Assembly (NCBI GenBank): GCA_964016885.1 | Contig: OZ024742.1 | Location: 104,160,001-104,224,000 of the forward strand | Direction of reading: 5' to 3' | Source of the DNA: Eledone cirrhosa | Taxonomy: Eukaryota | DNA: 64,000 nucleotides | Part shown: positions 14,181-27,309 of the stretch, in pieces | Position numbering within the stretch: the first letter of the stretch is position 1 | How the letters are laid out: each line of letters opens with the position of its first letter | The notes under the pieces: model-generated | The model's database searches: none | The model's input: the letters and a program-made list of their open reading frames with translations, nothing else | Told to the model about the DNA's origin: nothing | Made by a program: the position numbers and the translations under genes

Positions 14181-14360
14181 GGACCCTGTACAGTGAAGAA
14201 GGAGAAGAAGCAATCAGTGAAGAAGAGTTCCAACTTGTGAAAACTTTGAAAAATCTCAAACGGGATTATCGTTCTAAATTTGACCAATTAATGGATTTAA
14301 AGACTGAAGTGTCCTACTACCAAAATTTAGTGAGCCACTGCCGGCAGAAGTTGATTCAAG
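14181..14360 (+). CDS. KIF9: KIF9-like exon (TLYSEEGEEAISEEEFQLVKTLKNLKRDYRSKFDQLMDLKTEVSYYQNLVSHCRQKLIQ)
   Basis: tatAG/GTGAG, 180 nt, phase 1-1; similar to KIF9 EEEF...LK.LK..YRS....L.DL..E..Y...LV..CR..L. Confidence 0.92.
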
Positions 14361-15219
14361 GTGAGTACAATATAGGCTGTTGTGAATGGATTTTAAAAAT
14401 AAGGGTTAAAATAATAAATAGAAAGAAAGAAAAAGAAAAAAAGGAGGGAGAGAAAGGAAAATGAAAAATGGGGAAAGAGGGGAGGGGAGGAACTCTCCAG
14501 TCTTGGCTAGGCAGTATATCTCAGTTGCACTTCTCGGACAAGATGGTGAAAGCATTGCTACAGAGAACAGCTACTGTATCAACCATTTAATATCACACTG
14601 TCTTTTCCATTCTGGATTTTGACTTTCAGACACTGTGAGCTGTAAAGTAGTTGGTGATAGGAACAGCACCCAGCCATGGAAAGCTTGCCAAACAAAGAAT
14701 TGGATGGACTTTTCAGTTGTGCCAAAGACATGACCTCCCTAATGTTGGTGATCTACATGATAAATACACCTAATACACTGTGTAAAGTAGTTGGTGATAG
14801 GAAAGGCACCCAGGTGTAGAAAACCTGCTAAACAAAGGGTCAAGAAAACTTTTCAATTGTGGCAAAGACATGGCAACCTCCCTACAGTTGGTTCCTCAAT
14901 CAAATGCACTCAGTAGAGCATGGGTAATGTATGTAAGCAAGAAGTAGGCCACTAGCCTATCTGTGAGGTCTGTCGCTCTGTTTGAGCATTGACTCAGTCT
15001 GTGAAGATCCCTCCAACCCTTAGTAGCATTACAAAACATCTCAGAATTACAGTATGTCATGGATGCTTTTAAGCTTTTAAATGTTCAACTCTGTGACTAG
15101 TGTCTTTCCCATCACCCATATAGCTGATTGGGTTTACATAACAGCAACAGTATAGTATACCTACCTTTTCTGATTTAATATGAAATTTTTGCTTTATACC
15201 ATTTTTTTTTCACACAAAG

Positions 15220-15308
15220 AATTTGAGAATTGGTTTGTGGAGTGTTTCTTACCAAGTGGAGAAGATATGACAATTAGTGGCAATCAACGTTTTAAGCTAA
15301 ATTCCTCG
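15220..15308 (+). CDS. KIF9: KIF9-like exon (EFENWFVECFLPSGEDMTISGNQRFKLNSS)
   Basis: T-rich tract plus aaAG, GTGAGT donor; phase 1 to 0; matches KIF9 EFD.WY.ESF. Confidence 0.9.
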
Positions 15309-16329
15309 GTGAGTATTCCATCTATTTACCTTTAAAATGAAATATAATAGTCTCCTGTCTACATACACTCATACACCATTCTAGTACACAAACAGAAGTA
15401 AACACGTAGTGGTGGAGATGAGGTCACTCTAATCCATCTGTTCTTGAATCATGATAGCCAGCTTGGAAAGTAGACATAAAATTATGATGATGATAATGAT
15501 TGAAAAAAAGTTTAGTTTTTAGTTTAGTAGGTAAGAAAAGTGTTATGGAAATAGGATATTGGTTGTAATAGCAACTAATCAAACTAGTTAGTACTACTTA
15601 TAATTGTTTCTACTTTTGACTCAAGGCTAACAACAATTATCCGAGCGCATTACTGTTGCTTTATTTTATCAACCCTGTAAAGATGAAAGGCAAAGTTAAC
15701 CTCGGTGGAATTTGAACTCAGACCATAAAGGGCCGTAACTATGCTGCAAAGCATGGCGTCCTGCCCTCTACCGATACTAATAGTACAATAATTATATATG
15801 TTTCATCATTGAACTCTGAGTAGAATCTATTGTTAAATGGTTGCTCCAATCAATGTTTAGTCTAAAAAAAGGTCAGCATAAGGTTTACATGGCAAAGTGC
15901 TAAACTTGTTATTACCACTGTGGCATAACTGAAGACTGAGTTTTGTGGTTTACTTGAATGTTTGTTAATTCTTCTCGAGACCTTCCTTCAACTGTAGTTA
16001 GTTTACATAAAATAAAAACAGTTTCTAATGTCAGAATATGAAGACAATAAAAATGTTAACTAACTGGACTTTTAATTTAGTTTTATTCCTCTTGATTTTG
16101 AATTTACATCTTGAGACAGCTATTTCCATTCATTTCTGTAATTATTCATATACCATATATGCTTGGATATAAGCTGAGGAATATGTGTCCAAAATATAAA
16201 TCGAAGGAAGGAGTGAGGGATTATATTTGAGGTCAATACTTTAATGTAAATAAGGTTTGGATTTTTGCCCATTTCAGACATGAAATAGTGGGGTCAGCAC
16301 TAATTACTAAATTAACAGTTTCAAATGAG

Positions 16330-16570
16330 GCCTATATTTTATATATAGCCTGGCTCTATTACCAGTTTTAGGGAGCTACATTTTATATCTGACCTGGAGC
16401 TATTACTAGCTTTAGGGGCCCACATTTTATATCTGATTTGGACCTATTACCAATATCAAGGGTCTACATTTTATATCTGACCTAAGCTTATTTCAAGTTA
16501 TAAGGGCATACACCTAATACCAGTATTAAGGGTCTACATTTTATATCTTGTCTGAGCCTATTACCAGTTT
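16330..16570. repeat. Degenerate ~40-bp minisatellite (acattttatatctgacctggagctattaccag...)
   Basis: About 5-6 diverged units visible. Confidence 0.75.
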
Positions 16571-16717
16571 TGCATGAGCCTGCATGTGATGTTGGTGGCC
16601 CCTTGTATTTAAGACATATGAATACATTGCCTTGGTACCCAACAGGATAGTGATGAGAATAGGAATTGTATTGAAAATGTGTTGTTGAGACCAGATGCTT
16701 TTAAACTGTGATTTCAG

Positions 16718-16822
16718 CTGGAGGATGAACTTGAGAAGTTTGACCGGCTTCAAAATGAGCTGCTGATGGGTGAAGAAACTGCGGTTCCTTTCCACAAAGC
16801 TTACATGAACACACAATACAGA
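16718..16822 (+). CDS. KIF9: KIF9-like exon (LEDELEKFDRLQNELLMGEETAVPFHKAYMNTQYR)
   Basis: ttcAG/GTAAGT, 105 nt, phase 0-0; similar to KIF9 EDDQDKF.QLQ...SFYNA. Confidence 0.9.
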
Positions 16823-17399
16823 GTAAGTAGTTGATCAACATTACAGTTTATAACATTTATTTCTAAGACTATTTATTTGAGATAACAACTTGGCTGAGTT
16901 GTTAGAATGTGGAATAGAATGTTTTGCAGTATTTGTTTCAGCTCTCTCTATTCACTAAAGTCAAATCCAGTCCTTTCAATGTTGACAAATAAAGTTCTGA
17001 GGTTGATTCTTCCTCTATATCCCTTTTTCACCTTGTCTTCCTTCTCCAGAAAAATCTGACTTATTCAAGCTATGAGGGGATGGGCTCCACCAGGTTTTAA
17101 ATGCCAAAGACACACCGTGGGTCATGGTGGTGCCTCTACAACTTTACTAGGAGTTACAGTTCTATCATCATCATTTAATACCCATCTTCCACACTAGCAT
17201 AGGTTGGGTGGGTTTGTCCCACTTGAGGCAAGATTGGTCAGGTGAATGTGTCTCGCTCATACAGAAATGTTTCTGGCAGGATGCCCTTCCTAACACCAAC
17301 CACATTTACAGTGTGGACTGGGAGCCTTTTTACTGTGTCTCCTACATGACTGCTTTACAGTATATGTATATACTATAATTTTTCCTAACTTAATTTTTT

Positions 17400-17780
17400 G
17401 CACAGTTTATTAAGGACCGAGTCAACCAAGATGAGATGCCAGGTAAAATTGCCATGAACACCCTCTACTTTGTGAGGCATTTACAGAATCACCTAGATAA
17501 AAGTAAGACCCTCTACTTGTTGACCAGGAGAAAGCATTCGTCAGTCCTCCATTCCATTAACTGGTGTGCTCTTACAAAACTAGGTATAGATAAGTGGCTT
17601 GTGAGGGTGGAACAAGCCATGCACAGATTAGCAGTCAGCCAGGTTAGAGTTAATAATGATTATAGTGCAGAATTTAGCATGCAAGTAGGGGGTCCATAAG
17701 GGCTCTGTTCTTAGCCCTCTTCTGTTTATTATCGTCCTGCAGGCTGTAATAGAAGAGTTTAAGACTGGGTGCCCAATGGT
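17400..17780 (+). mobile_element. RTE LINE RT fragment
   Basis: KLGIDKWLVR..QAM, GSVLSPLLFIIVLQAVIEEFKTGCP. Confidence 0.85.
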
Positions 17781-18230
17781 ATCGTATAGTGTTTATGCCT
17801 ACTCAGAGTACACATCTGCCCTGCCCCATGCAGTCTTATTTTATTTGAAGTCACTGACCCACTAGACAAACTGCCTTCTGCATGGCTTATGGAGCTCAAA
17901 TCTGCTCTGTGTTAATTTATTTACAGGGTGTTGAGTTACAATATTGATACTGTTTTGAAACAATATCATTACAATATCGAAACATTGATACAATATGGAT
18001 ACAATGTCAATAGATACAATATCGAAACAATAGTATATATTTGAAAAATATTTCATGAACTGCTAGATTGCCGCTTTATCATAGCCTCTCACCCCCTTTC
18101 CTATCAGTCTCTCATCCTCTTGCATATATATATATATTTATCATTATCTATATCTATATACACACATATTATAAAGATGAATTGAATGGAACATCTTACC
18201 AAACAACTTTCTGTATTTCTTTATTAACAG

Positions 18231-18308
18231 AAGAACTATATCAGACAACCAAACCTGAGTAGCCACAGTGATATAAAGAAAATTGCACCATTGTCTCATA
18301 AAGCATAG
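18231..18308 (+). CDS. KIF9: KIF9-like terminal coding exon (KNYIRQPNLSSHSDIKKIAPLSHKA*)
   Basis: Polypyrimidine tract plus aacAG, phase 0, TAG at 18306-18308; KNY echoes KIF9 HNYL. Confidence 0.75.
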   Translation, partial: KNYIRQPNLSSHSDIKKIAPLSHKA

Positions 18309-19904
18309 ATGTTCCATAACAAACTATACATTCCTTCATAATATTTCAAGAATGGACCGGAAACAAACAGAAATCCGTTTTGCAGTGATTGCGATAATCA
18401 TTAAATTTTCAGAAACAATGCTTGTTTTCATATTGCTGTCATAATTTCTACTGGTAAATGTTGTTAGCTGTTTGTGACCCTCTTGAAACTTGCAGTTACT
18501 TAACTTCATTTATAACTACTTGTGTTCTTGTGAAATGCATGTAGCAAGACCAGGTTCTGCCTGCCCAGCCCAAATGAAGCCACCCTGGTCAGGCTATGCC
18601 AAGCCAGATCAACCCACTCTATCCAGCCTGAGAAGACAAGAAAAACAACTCCATTCCAGTCAGATTGAGCTATCTTGGTGAACCTGCAAAAAGATCATGT
18701 CTGCTGCTCTTCTGACTAAGCTATATATATAAAATGTTCTAATTTCCAAGTAACAAAACTAATTTTGTATTATCACACATTAAAGTTACCTCTCTGATTT
18801 TTATTTCCTAATGGAAAACTTGCTTGGAATCAAAAGCAGTGCATAGCTGAGTACGATTTTAATTAAGCAATCGGATCTAATGTCTGTATTATTAGTCAAC
18901 ACTATCAGACTGTCTGTATTATGTGACCTGATCCGGGATTGGATTAACACAGCTGTCATCTTAGCTTAGCTCTCTCCACAATTATCAATATTGTCCAAGG
19001 GAAAGGCAAAAGCTGATACATGGCACCATTGTTGTTGCAGCTCATATTTTCCAGCAAAGTGGATTATGAGCATCATAAAAGTAAAGTGTCTTGCTCACGT
19101 ATATAACACTGCTTGTTCCAGGAATCAGTCATCATCTTATTCATGAGCCTACTTTTCTTACAACTGAGATTTAAGGGAATTGTTATCACTATTTCTCAGG
19201 AATGTGAACACTGGTTAACACTTCCTACACACACACACCTACTTGCAATACAATTTACACCTGTAGTTTAATTAATGAACAAACAAAAGAATCATAATTA
19301 TGTCACCTTCTCTCCTTAAACTTTGAGATAACTGCACTCCAATACCTCCTTTGGAGACAATATATTATCTAAGAGTTTTGGTAGTTGGCTGATATAAGGG
19401 GAAAAGTAATTACATATATATATATATATATATAGTTTTTTTTATTTAGCAGCACCTCAGTAAGGCACATTTTCTATTCCAAAATTTTTTTAAATGTCTA
19501 ACAAACTTAGCATCCTGATCTTAATTTCCTATATTTTTAAAATGTGCTTTAACAAACTTTGATATTTACTTCCTACACCTCTGTGACATATAACACATAT
19601 CTCTTAAGCCAGCCATTATTGGCTGTCTCTCATCCTTAAGATCTACCTTGTGGATCGTTTTTTTAATTTATCAGTGCCTTGGCGAGGAAAATTTTCTATT
19701 CTAAATTTTTTTAAAATGTTCTTTAACAAACTTAGCATCCTGATCTCTTATAAAACTCTCAGGATGAGTCAGCAAAGAAAAAGAACCTTTTTCTTTTTAT
19801 TTTCATAAATGACTTGTGCCTAAATCAGAAACCAAAAGTACAAGTAATGTACAGGGTAATTGCTGGCCTTGTGCCTAAAGTAGAAACAATTATTCAAGTA
19901 CAAT

Positions 19905-20284
19905 TTGGTGGTGGATTGGCAGTATTGGTAGAGGTTCGAAAGCCATGCTTTCCAGCATAGTTACGTCCCTTTACGATCTGAGTTCAAATCCCGCCGAGGT
20001 TGACTTTGCCTTTCATCCTTACGGGGGGTCGATAAAATAAAGTACCAGTAACGCACTGGCCTTGTGCCTAAAGTAAAAACAATTATTATTCAAGTACAAG
20101 GCCAACAATATTTAGAGAAAGTTGTTTAAATCAACCCTAGTGCATTACTGGTACTTTATTTTATTGACCCCGTAAGGATGAAAGGCAAAGCTAACCTTGG
20201 CAGGATTTGACCTCAGAACCTAAAGGGCCGTAACTCTATGCCGGTAAGCATGTCCGACGCTCTACCGATTCTGCCAATCCACCA
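19905..20284. mobile_element. Two copies of the dominant tRNA-derived SINE in inverted orientation
   Basis: GAGTTCAAATCC B-box and core gactttgcctttcatccttacggggtcgataaaataaagtaccag; + copy 19905-20090, - copy ~20100-20284. Other copies at ~664, 10250, 15601, 31441, 32885, 36925, 41950, 44520, 45310, 52785, 60466, 63595. Confidence 0.85.
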
Positions 20285-20957
20285 TACCTGAATAATATTA
20301 ACATTTTGGAATAATATAATGAATTAATAATAGTATACATTTTTTGTGAATCTGTTAGATTTTGTATTTAAAGAGACCGATGACATAATAGAAAACTATG
20401 CAGAGATTCAAAGAAGTGACCTCCTATTTTGTTATCAATGTCTGTAAAGGTTCGTGGTTAAGTTGTTCAGTCCACAATCGTAAGAAGATTCCTAGTGGTG
20501 TGTTGCGTCCTTAAACAAGATACTTTATTTTACATTGCTCGTCCACTCAGCTGAAAAAAAATTAGTTGCATATGTAATTCAAAACACCAGCCTTGTTACA
20601 TACTGTGTTACACATTCCAAGGCCAACACATCGGTATTATCTTGCAGGCACACATATACACACACCTGTTTAGTGCCTGCCATCTACACACTCACTAAAA
20701 CAATGAAAAAAAAAAATACCATGATGTGGGGTTTGCTGGGTTCTTTCTAAATAAGGCAAAGTTCTCAACCAGGTGCAGAATTAAAGAAAAAGAAGCAAGA
20801 TTCCACGTCTCTGTGGAATGTTCAGCTACTTGCATTATAATTTAATGAGCTGATCCATTGATCAAATAATGAACACCTTTTGGTCCAACAGCCATGTCTG
20901 CAAGAGAATTTGATTCATCAACAGTACTGCAAGCTAAAAAAAGTACCTGTCACTTAA

Positions 20958-21121
20958 CCCTTTAGCATTTAAACCAGCCAAAATTCTCTCACCTTTTTCT
21001 GTTCAAACCGGATATAATTGGCCACTCATACTGATGTTAAGGTGTTGTTCTCAATATTATGTAAGATAAAGCCTTTTCCACAAAAATACAGTAACTATAG
21101 AGTAATATAAATGCTAAAGGG
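20958..21121. mobile_element. piggyBac-type MITE
   Basis: TTAA TSDs; TIR ccctttagcattta / taaatgctaaaggg. Confidence 0.85.
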
Positions 21122-23851
21122 TTAAACAGGTCTCTGTGCTGCAAACATGCTTACTAGAGTGCACTAGTTAACTGGTACCTATTTATAATTCAGTAAACTG
21201 GACCACTGTGCAGTGCTGGTGGTAGGTATGACATGGATTATTCATATTTTGTTCAACCAACATTTTTCAGCTGTTAGAGATCATACTTATATAATACCAA
21301 TACTCAGAAATATAGAAATACCACCAGCATAGAATTGATATATATCTATACTTGAGAATTTGTGTATCTATGTAAAAAGCACCTATTCCACTCTGTAGGA
21401 TGGTAGTGCTGATGCCACTATGAAAAGCACCCAGCTGACACTGTAAGTTAGTAGTTTGGTAGTGTCGGTGCCTCAACGAAAATCACCCAGTCTGCACTAT
21501 AAAGAGGTAGTGCTTGTACAATGGAGAAAAGTGGTCAATTCACCTTGTAAGGTGGCAGTGCCGGAGTCACATCAAAGGCATAGAAAATAAGCTAAGAAAA
21601 TGGAGCATGAAAGCAGGGGACGTGGACACCTGACTAGTCTAGTCTCTGTACTTGACAATCTGTTTAACCCATGCAAGCATAGAAAACAGACATTAAATGG
21701 TGGTGATGATGATATATCAAATGAAAACAAAAAAAGCAAATTATATAACACAATTTTTATTTATAGTTGAATATCTGCCACTTAATGTGAAAGTGATGTT
21801 GAACAGTCCCTGGTTGCAGCAAAACAGGGTTGACAGTTGCCTCATCACTGCCATGCCCATTGGAGACAACTATTCAATCGAGTGGTAGCCACAAATTCCA
21901 TGGCCATACATTCTCATACACTCACACATATACACACACACACAAACGCACAGAGACCTGTTCAAGATAACTGCTTTAGTGCCAGCCAAATATCATGGCT
22001 ATACACTCATTAGGATACAATGAAAGTATAGTAGCATCTAAAAAAAAAAAAAATAAACAATGGCGGGGGGTTTGCTGGGCTCTTGCTAACCAATTTGGAG
22101 CCAAACTAAACAAGGCAAAGTTCTCAACCAGGTGCAGAATAAAAAAAAATAAAATAAAAAAATAAAAAAATAAACAAAAAACAAAAACAGGATTCCACTG
22201 TATATTGCTTTGAAGATTTCTTTCTGAGCTGATGTCACTGATATTACATCTTGTTTTGTGGCAACACGAGCTGTAAAGCTGTGGGCTCAACTCACACGGA
22301 CTTACTAGTGAAAACGGCTCTGTGCTAGAAAGACTTCTCGGTCGGTACAGATGTGCCATTTATTTTTAACTGCCAAACTTAACTTTGACACAACATAACA
22401 ACGGAGAGAGGGGTGAGGGAGGAAGAGTCAGGATGCATAGGTAGGAAGGAGCAAATAATGAGATGGGGAGGGGATATAGTTTGATTTCTTTTTGGAAGGG
22501 TTAGGGAAGCATGAATTTTAAACAAAAACAAACAATTCAGTAAAGTCTTTCGTTTTTACAGACTGTATAATGTGAAACGGTGTCTGTTGTAGATAGATTG
22601 GGAAGAGAATAAATCAAAACAGAGAAATGGGAACAATAAACAAACAAAACATAAAAGAAAAACAAACAAAATAAAGGTACATCTGAATTAAAAAAATTAT
22701 ATAATAATAATATATATATATATTTAAAATAAAAATTAATATTTTTTTTGTTTTGAATATTATTAAATTACTTTTCCTTCCTCACTTCCCCGGCTTTAAA
22801 TGGAAATAACAGATGAAAAATAAACTGTTAAAATAGTTGGCAAAGCTCTATATACAGAAATAAACAGATAAACCACATAGTACCCCCAAAGTAAATAAAG
22901 TATCCTAGACTCTATAGGTATTCTTCATAAGACAAGTGTTACCTTCCCATTAGAAGATAGCATCCCCACCCCACAAAAAAAGAAGAAAATCATTAAGATA
23001 AAAAGAGCAAACAAATGCTGTTAGATTTGGAAGAGTCAACAATAAGTCTGCTGTCCTCTATCCTATGGATGGCAACATTGAAGTAATGCTAGTGTTGGTT
23101 GTTGTAGTATTGTTTCTATTGATTTCATTTGTTGCTGTTGTTGGTTATTTTATATCTGCAATGTTTTGTATAAAGTTCAAAACATTCAAAGGTATAACTG
23201 AACATGTCTGTGTATGTGTGTATATATTAATATAGTATAATTGCCAGAAGTAATAAAACACTGTTTATCCCCCCCCCCCCCCAAAAAAAAAATGCAATAA
23301 TAAAACATTAACAATTTGAATCTAACAAAATTAAATTTAGTTATTAATAAGTGCTAGATTCAAATTATGTTTTATTACATTTTTTTTACCCAAGAGATAA
23401 ACAGTATTTTATTACTACTTCTGACAATTATACGTTACTAATATATTATTCTGTACACCACTAATGACATATATATAGGTATATATAAATAAAGCACCAT
23501 TTTCAAAACAAAATTAATTTAAGGATTCTCAATAGGGAACAGATATTTTGATTATCTCCCTCTTTCAAAAGTTATCTTTTGTTAACATAGAACATCGCTT
23601 AAGGTTAATTAAATAGATCTAGTCAAAAAAATTAAACAACAACAATAATAGTAACAAGAACAATGCTAATAATAATAATGATGATTTCTAAAACAGGTAC
23701 GAAGCTTCACATTTATGGGGAGAGGAAATGAGGAATTATGCTGTCCACACCTTTCATAAGAGTGTTAGTAATAAACAATCAAGACGTGTGTTTGAAACCA
23801 GATGACTGACTCACTTCACTAAGAAATAACCCCTGCACTATAGATTTTGTT

Positions 23852-24420
23852 ACACATATATATATGTATATGTACATATATATACATACATACATATATA
23901 TATACATACATACATATATATATACATACATACATACATACATATATACATACATACATATATACATACATACATATATACATACATACATATATACATA
24001 TACATATATACATATACATATATACATACATACATACATATATACATATATACATATACATATATACATACATATATACATATACATATATACATACATA
24101 TATACATATATATATATATACATATATATATACATACATATATACATATATATATACATATACATATACACATATATATACATATATATATACACATACA
24201 TATATATACATATATATATATATACATATATATATACACATACATATATATACATAAATATACATACATATATATATATACACATAAATATACATACATA
24301 TATATATATACACATACATATACATACATATATACATATACATGCATATATACATATATATACATACATACATATATATACATACATACATATATATACA
24401 TATACATACATACATATATA

Positions 24421-24451
<31 letters not shown>

Positions 24452-24567
24452 ACATACATATATATACATATACATACATACATACATACATATATATACA
24501 TATACATACATATATATACATATACATACATACATATATATACATATACATATGTATATATATATAT
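23852..24567. repeat. ~715-bp compound (TA/CA/TACA)n microsatellite
   Basis: Almost uninterrupted purine-pyrimidine alternation; source of the spurious Y/I/H/T/M/C/V ORFs. Confidence 0.97.
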
Positions 24568-26613
24568 AAAATAAATAAAATAAATTAGCAGGATGAGGGG
24601 CATCAACGTTTCTATAAATTATTTTTATGTATTTACAGGTTTTCCAGAATTCTCTTCAAGAGGGTGGATTGTTTTAAAATATACAAACTAGCCCATAATG
24701 GTGTATAAATGCAGTCCCTGTTGAGGTCGAAGACATTAAACAATACAGGATATTTATTACTAAGACTCTGACCTGAGATTGGGGGAGACGGATAGGGGCT
24801 TTATGGAGAGTAAAACACATCAGGTTGACTAATCAATATAGACCTATCATACGAATAAATCGATTGACCAGACAATCAGCTTGGTTTATACAGAGAGAAA
24901 GAAAGAGGGAGAAGAAACACACACATTTGTATGAGTATGTACATACATACACATACATACATCAGCATCAAGAGTTATTGTAAAACATCATCATAATCCT
25001 CTTCAAAGTTTATAGAAAGGACTTGAAATAAGAAAGTTGGCAAGAACCAAGGAACTTCAGTTATGACTGGCTACATGATAAATAATAATACTATTATTAT
25101 TACTAATAATAATATTGATGATGATGATTTATTTAGACTATACACAAGGCCAATTTTGTAGAAGGGTATATATTTATATTGAATCATATTACTATCATTA
25201 CTGAACCCACGAGAATGAAAGGCAAAGTCAACTCCAGTGGGAAATTTGGCAGAGTCTACGTTGAAGGGCTGTGAAAAGCAAAGTCCTTAAAAGGACCTTG
25301 CCATAAAATTACTGGGCAATATTTTGGGATACATTGTAGCAAATTTGAATTGGCTTTATTCCAGGAGAAGATTTGAAAAAACAAACAAACAACATACAAC
25401 CATGCATAAAAAAAAAAAATTCCAAAACGCAAATATTAAAAAAATAAAATAGGGCAAGGATAAAAGAATTTTGGCTTTTGGCATTACATTGTGTATAAAA
25501 CAATGTGATTGTAGAATAAAAAGTATAGAACAAAACTTTAACTCAACTATTCAGATAAAAATGGTTGGGTGGAATGGGAAAGAGGACACAGATGAAAATA
25601 GAATATCTACAAATCTCTACTGCCGTCCATCTACTAACAGCAGCAGAAGTAGTAATAGTAATTATAATAGTTTGTACTAATATATATAGAAATATCAGTA
25701 CTGGCAGCAGTAGAAATAACAGTAAGAAAATAGAAACAGGAATCGGAGGAGCTAGAAATTTTACTTTATTTAGTCTCTGTAATGTGGTTAAGGAGTTGGG
25801 GTTGGGTTGCTAAAATATACGAAAGGGATGCCTGGAAAAAAAAAAAAAAAAAAAAAGGGTTGACCTTTTCAACTGTGTAGCTGGTGGTGTTGGCTAAACA
25901 AAATATGTTTAAACCTAGACTACATATCTCCTTACACAGATATACACTATGGCACAGCAACAAGTTGTCTGTCCCATGGTGAATGGTAAACACTCTCAAC
26001 TCCATCTACTCTCCCCTAACAACAAAGAAAATTCTAGCTGGACAGCCACTATTGGCGCTAGTTTCTTCTAGCAGTCTCGTGTAGAACAACAATTTCCACT
26101 TCTTCTGGAAGATAGGGACAGATCTTTTGGGCAGAAACAAACTTTCACACATGCACGCAAGCACAAATAAGTATCAGTATATGTATGTATTTGTACATCT
26201 AAATACACACATGCATATTATTGTGTTCATGTGAATCTATATAAACACATCTACACATGTATAAGTGTGCGTGTATGTATCAGCATATGTAAATATACAT
26301 GTGTCTCTATATATAATGTGTGAATGTGTAGATATATATATATACATATATACACACGCACACGCATATATTTATATATATAAAGGAAACCAACATACAG
26401 AAACTGCTATGTATAAATAGATGTACACACATACATACACAGGAGATATCAGTGTGTACAATAATTACAGTATATCAGAAAATGAGCGTTTCAGTTCTCC
26501 GGGAACCAAAGGGGTTAGTAGAATTTAAAAAAAAATGTTTCCACTCTTCACCTGTGAATAGTTTAATAACCATTATTGTAATTACAAATCTTTCTCTCTC
26601 ATTCATTTACATC

Positions 26614-26679
<66 letters not shown>

Positions 26680-26860
26680 AATAAATACATATAAATAAAT
26701 ACATATATGTATACACATATTTTATATATACACCCATGTGTAAATATTATATGGTCATCATGCATACACACATACACACATACAAACATGCATGCCCACA
26801 TGTACACACGTTTCTATTTCAATATGTTAGTCAAGAGAAGTTTGTTTGTTGTTCAGTTAA

Positions 26861-27005
26861 TCATTTGACTTTGTTAGGTCCCACCATTACTTTTGTGACA
26901 AAGTTGACGATTGCAAAGGCAGGCTGTTCTGGGTCTAATTCAGCGAATAGATGGCAGGCATTGTCAGAGACCCCTCCTTGCTTTCGTGCAATAAATCCAA
27001 ACACC
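26861..27005 (-). CDS. TNS: Tensin terminal coding exon, end of PTB domain ([47 protein letters not shown])
   Basis: Near-identical to the tensin C-terminal motif [33 protein letters not shown]; ttttctAG acceptor; TGA stop. Confidence 0.96.
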
Positions 27006-27309
27006 CTAGAAAATAAAATATAAAATATTATATATATAGACTCCAAATGCTTGAATATTAGCCGAAGAATATGTGACCAAACAATCTATAGTAAAATGGC
27101 ATGGGGGTGGTGCTTATATACAACATCTAAACCATCAATTGATTAGCTGCCTCATTGCCCATTTTCAGACATAAAATAGAGGGGTTGGTTTATATTCAGA
27201 TCGGCTTATATTCAAATATATATACACACAATATATATATATATACACACACACTATATATATATAGATATATATATAAAAGAAGCATCAACAATTTCAA
27301 TATGTTTGC

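Noticed and set aside
16632-16688. LVPNRIVMRIG resembling vertebrate KIF9 MVPVNRIVSLG just before exon 16718
   Set aside because: Out of frame with the exon, ends in TGA, and has no suitable splice sites; the 15308-16718 junction is already in phase.
19975-20000. tRNA-like B box (GAGTTCAAATCC)
   Set aside because: Part of a SINE head; no cloverleaf.
23779-24606. 200-275 aa ORFs on both strands
   Set aside because: Stop-free by construction from TA/CA microsatellite; the same applies to ORFs at 11.2, 26.5, 46.2-46.7, 51.0 and 56.7 kb.
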